NCBI RefSeq assembly: GCF_001194135.2
Contig: NC_068997.1
Coordinates: 43,050,182-43,088,153, forward strand
Reading direction: 5' to 3'
DNA length: 37,972 nucleotides
From: Octopus bimaculoides
Lineage: Eukaryota
The notes under the pieces were generated by a model. It searched no databases. It was not told where the DNA came from and was given only the letters and a program-made list of their open reading frames with translations. The translations under genes and the position numbers were made by a program. Of this stretch, positions 36,561 to 37,972 are shown in pieces (the first letter of the stretch is position 1; the number at the start of each line of letters is the position of its first letter).

Positions 36561-37278
36561 AGATGGGAGCAGACAGATGAGAAAAAATAGCAAGATCGCG
36601 TCAAGACAGAAACTATAAATGCTATAAATATTAAAATGTGATGAAGGACAGCATTATTTTGGTTTTCGCTTGTTTGTTTCTTGTTTCTGTTTTCTTTTGG
36701 CACTGTTTTTCTGTTGTTTTTTTTTTTTTGCCTGTCTAGCCATTTACCTGTTGGTTTATATCTAAGTGTAAAAGTTTGCACTAACTCGTATCCATAAAAA
36801 AANNNNNNNNNNNNNNNNNNNNNNNNNNNNNNNNNNNNNNNNNNNNNNNNNNNNNNNNNNNNNNNNNNNNNNNNNNNNNNNNNNNNNNNNNNNNNNNNNN
36901 NNNNNNNNNNNNNNNNNNNNNNNNNNNNNNNNNNNNNNNNNNNNNNNNNNNNNNNNNNNNNNNNNNNNNNNNNNNNNNNNNNNNNNNNNNNNNNNNNNNN
37001 NNNNNNNNTATATATAATACAGAATGGGACAAGAACGCAAGACATCCAGAGAGTTAGCTGATACAAGAAAGGGACAAAACATCCAGATAGACGATACAAA
37101 GAAAACACGGACATGTCATTCGGAGTTTTCTTTCTTCAGTCGAGATCCAGATTATCCTTGCAATTTCGGCTGGTACACACATGCACACACATACACACAC
37201 ATATATATACAACATACATATACATATGTATATATATATATATATATAATAATGATAATAATAATATTAATAACAATG

Positions 37279-37347
<69 letters not shown>

Positions 37348-37599
37348 GTTATTATTATTGAGTGAGAGAGAAGTGCATGTCATCAAAGTGAACTGGGGTA
37401 AAATATACGAGACTAACTCTAAATTGTACTTATCTATTTTATATGACAGTATAAATGGCTGAGCGAACCACAGATACTCGTACACTTAACATAATTTTCA
37501 AACAGCGTGGCGCTGTATGATAAAGCCGGACCGTTTGAATCACAGGTACACCACGTCTGATGAGCTTCCTCACAGTTCCTCTCATTGTACTATTACAGT

Positions 37600-37917
37600 G
37601 AAGGTTCGTGGTTTAGCAGCTAGAGTATTCGGCTGAAGATCGCAAGGTCGTGAGTTTGATTCCCGGCAACGCGTTGCGTCTTAGAGCAAGACACTTTAAT
37701 TCGCGTTGCTCCAGTCCACTCAGCTATCCAAAATGAGTTATACCTGTATTTCAAAGTGCCACTCTTGTCACACTCTGTGTCAGAATGAATCTCCCTGAGA
37801 ACTGCGTTAAGGGTACACGTGTCTGTGGAGTGCTCAGCCACTTGCACGTTAATTTCACAAGGTGGCTGTTCCTTTGATCGGATCAACTGGAACCCTCGCC
37901 GTCGTAACCTACGGACG
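37600..37917 (+). mobile_element. SINE family C (tRNA head plus Meta-domain-like core), near full-length
   Basis: GTGGTTTAGCAGCTAGAGTATTCGGC...GTGAGTTTGATTCCCGG...GTTGCGTCTTAGAGCAAGACACTTT...CTCCAGTCCACTCAGCT..AAAATGAGT resembles the MetaSINE central domain as I recall it. Confidence 0.7.
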
Positions 37918-37972
37918 TATGTGTGTGCATGTGTCTTTGTGTATGCATTTGCTCCCTGCTTGTAAACCGATG

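Overview
AT-rich, microsatellite-dense eukaryotic scaffold with 13 N-gaps. The repeat families and the encoded peptides point to an octopus (Octopus sp.); this is inferred, not proven. One real protein-coding exon is visible: 20898-21465 (+), an internal exon of a tachykinin-related peptide (TKRP) precursor. It encodes six predicted amidated peptides (VNPYSFQGTR, LNANSFMGSR, TVSANAFVGSR, SGALAFVPTR, (G)MNSLSFGPPK, YSPLDFIGSR) separated by basic cleavage sites and bounded by canonical AG/GT splice sites. The signal-peptide exon and the last exon could not be found with confidence. The rest is intronic or intergenic. It holds decayed LINE fragments (two R4/Dong-like RLE families, two RTE, one CR1/L2-group RT), a Penelope-type GIY-YIG fragment, three tRNA-headed SINE families, a hAT MITE with an 8-bp TSD, and a tRNA-Thr-like pseudogene. 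It also holds small dispersed repeats carrying minimal type I hammerhead ribozyme motifs; the best is at 15560-15594. Almost all other ORFs in the supplied track are artefacts of microsatellites or N-runs. All alignments, translations and folds were done by eye, and family names come from recalled motifs, not database searches.
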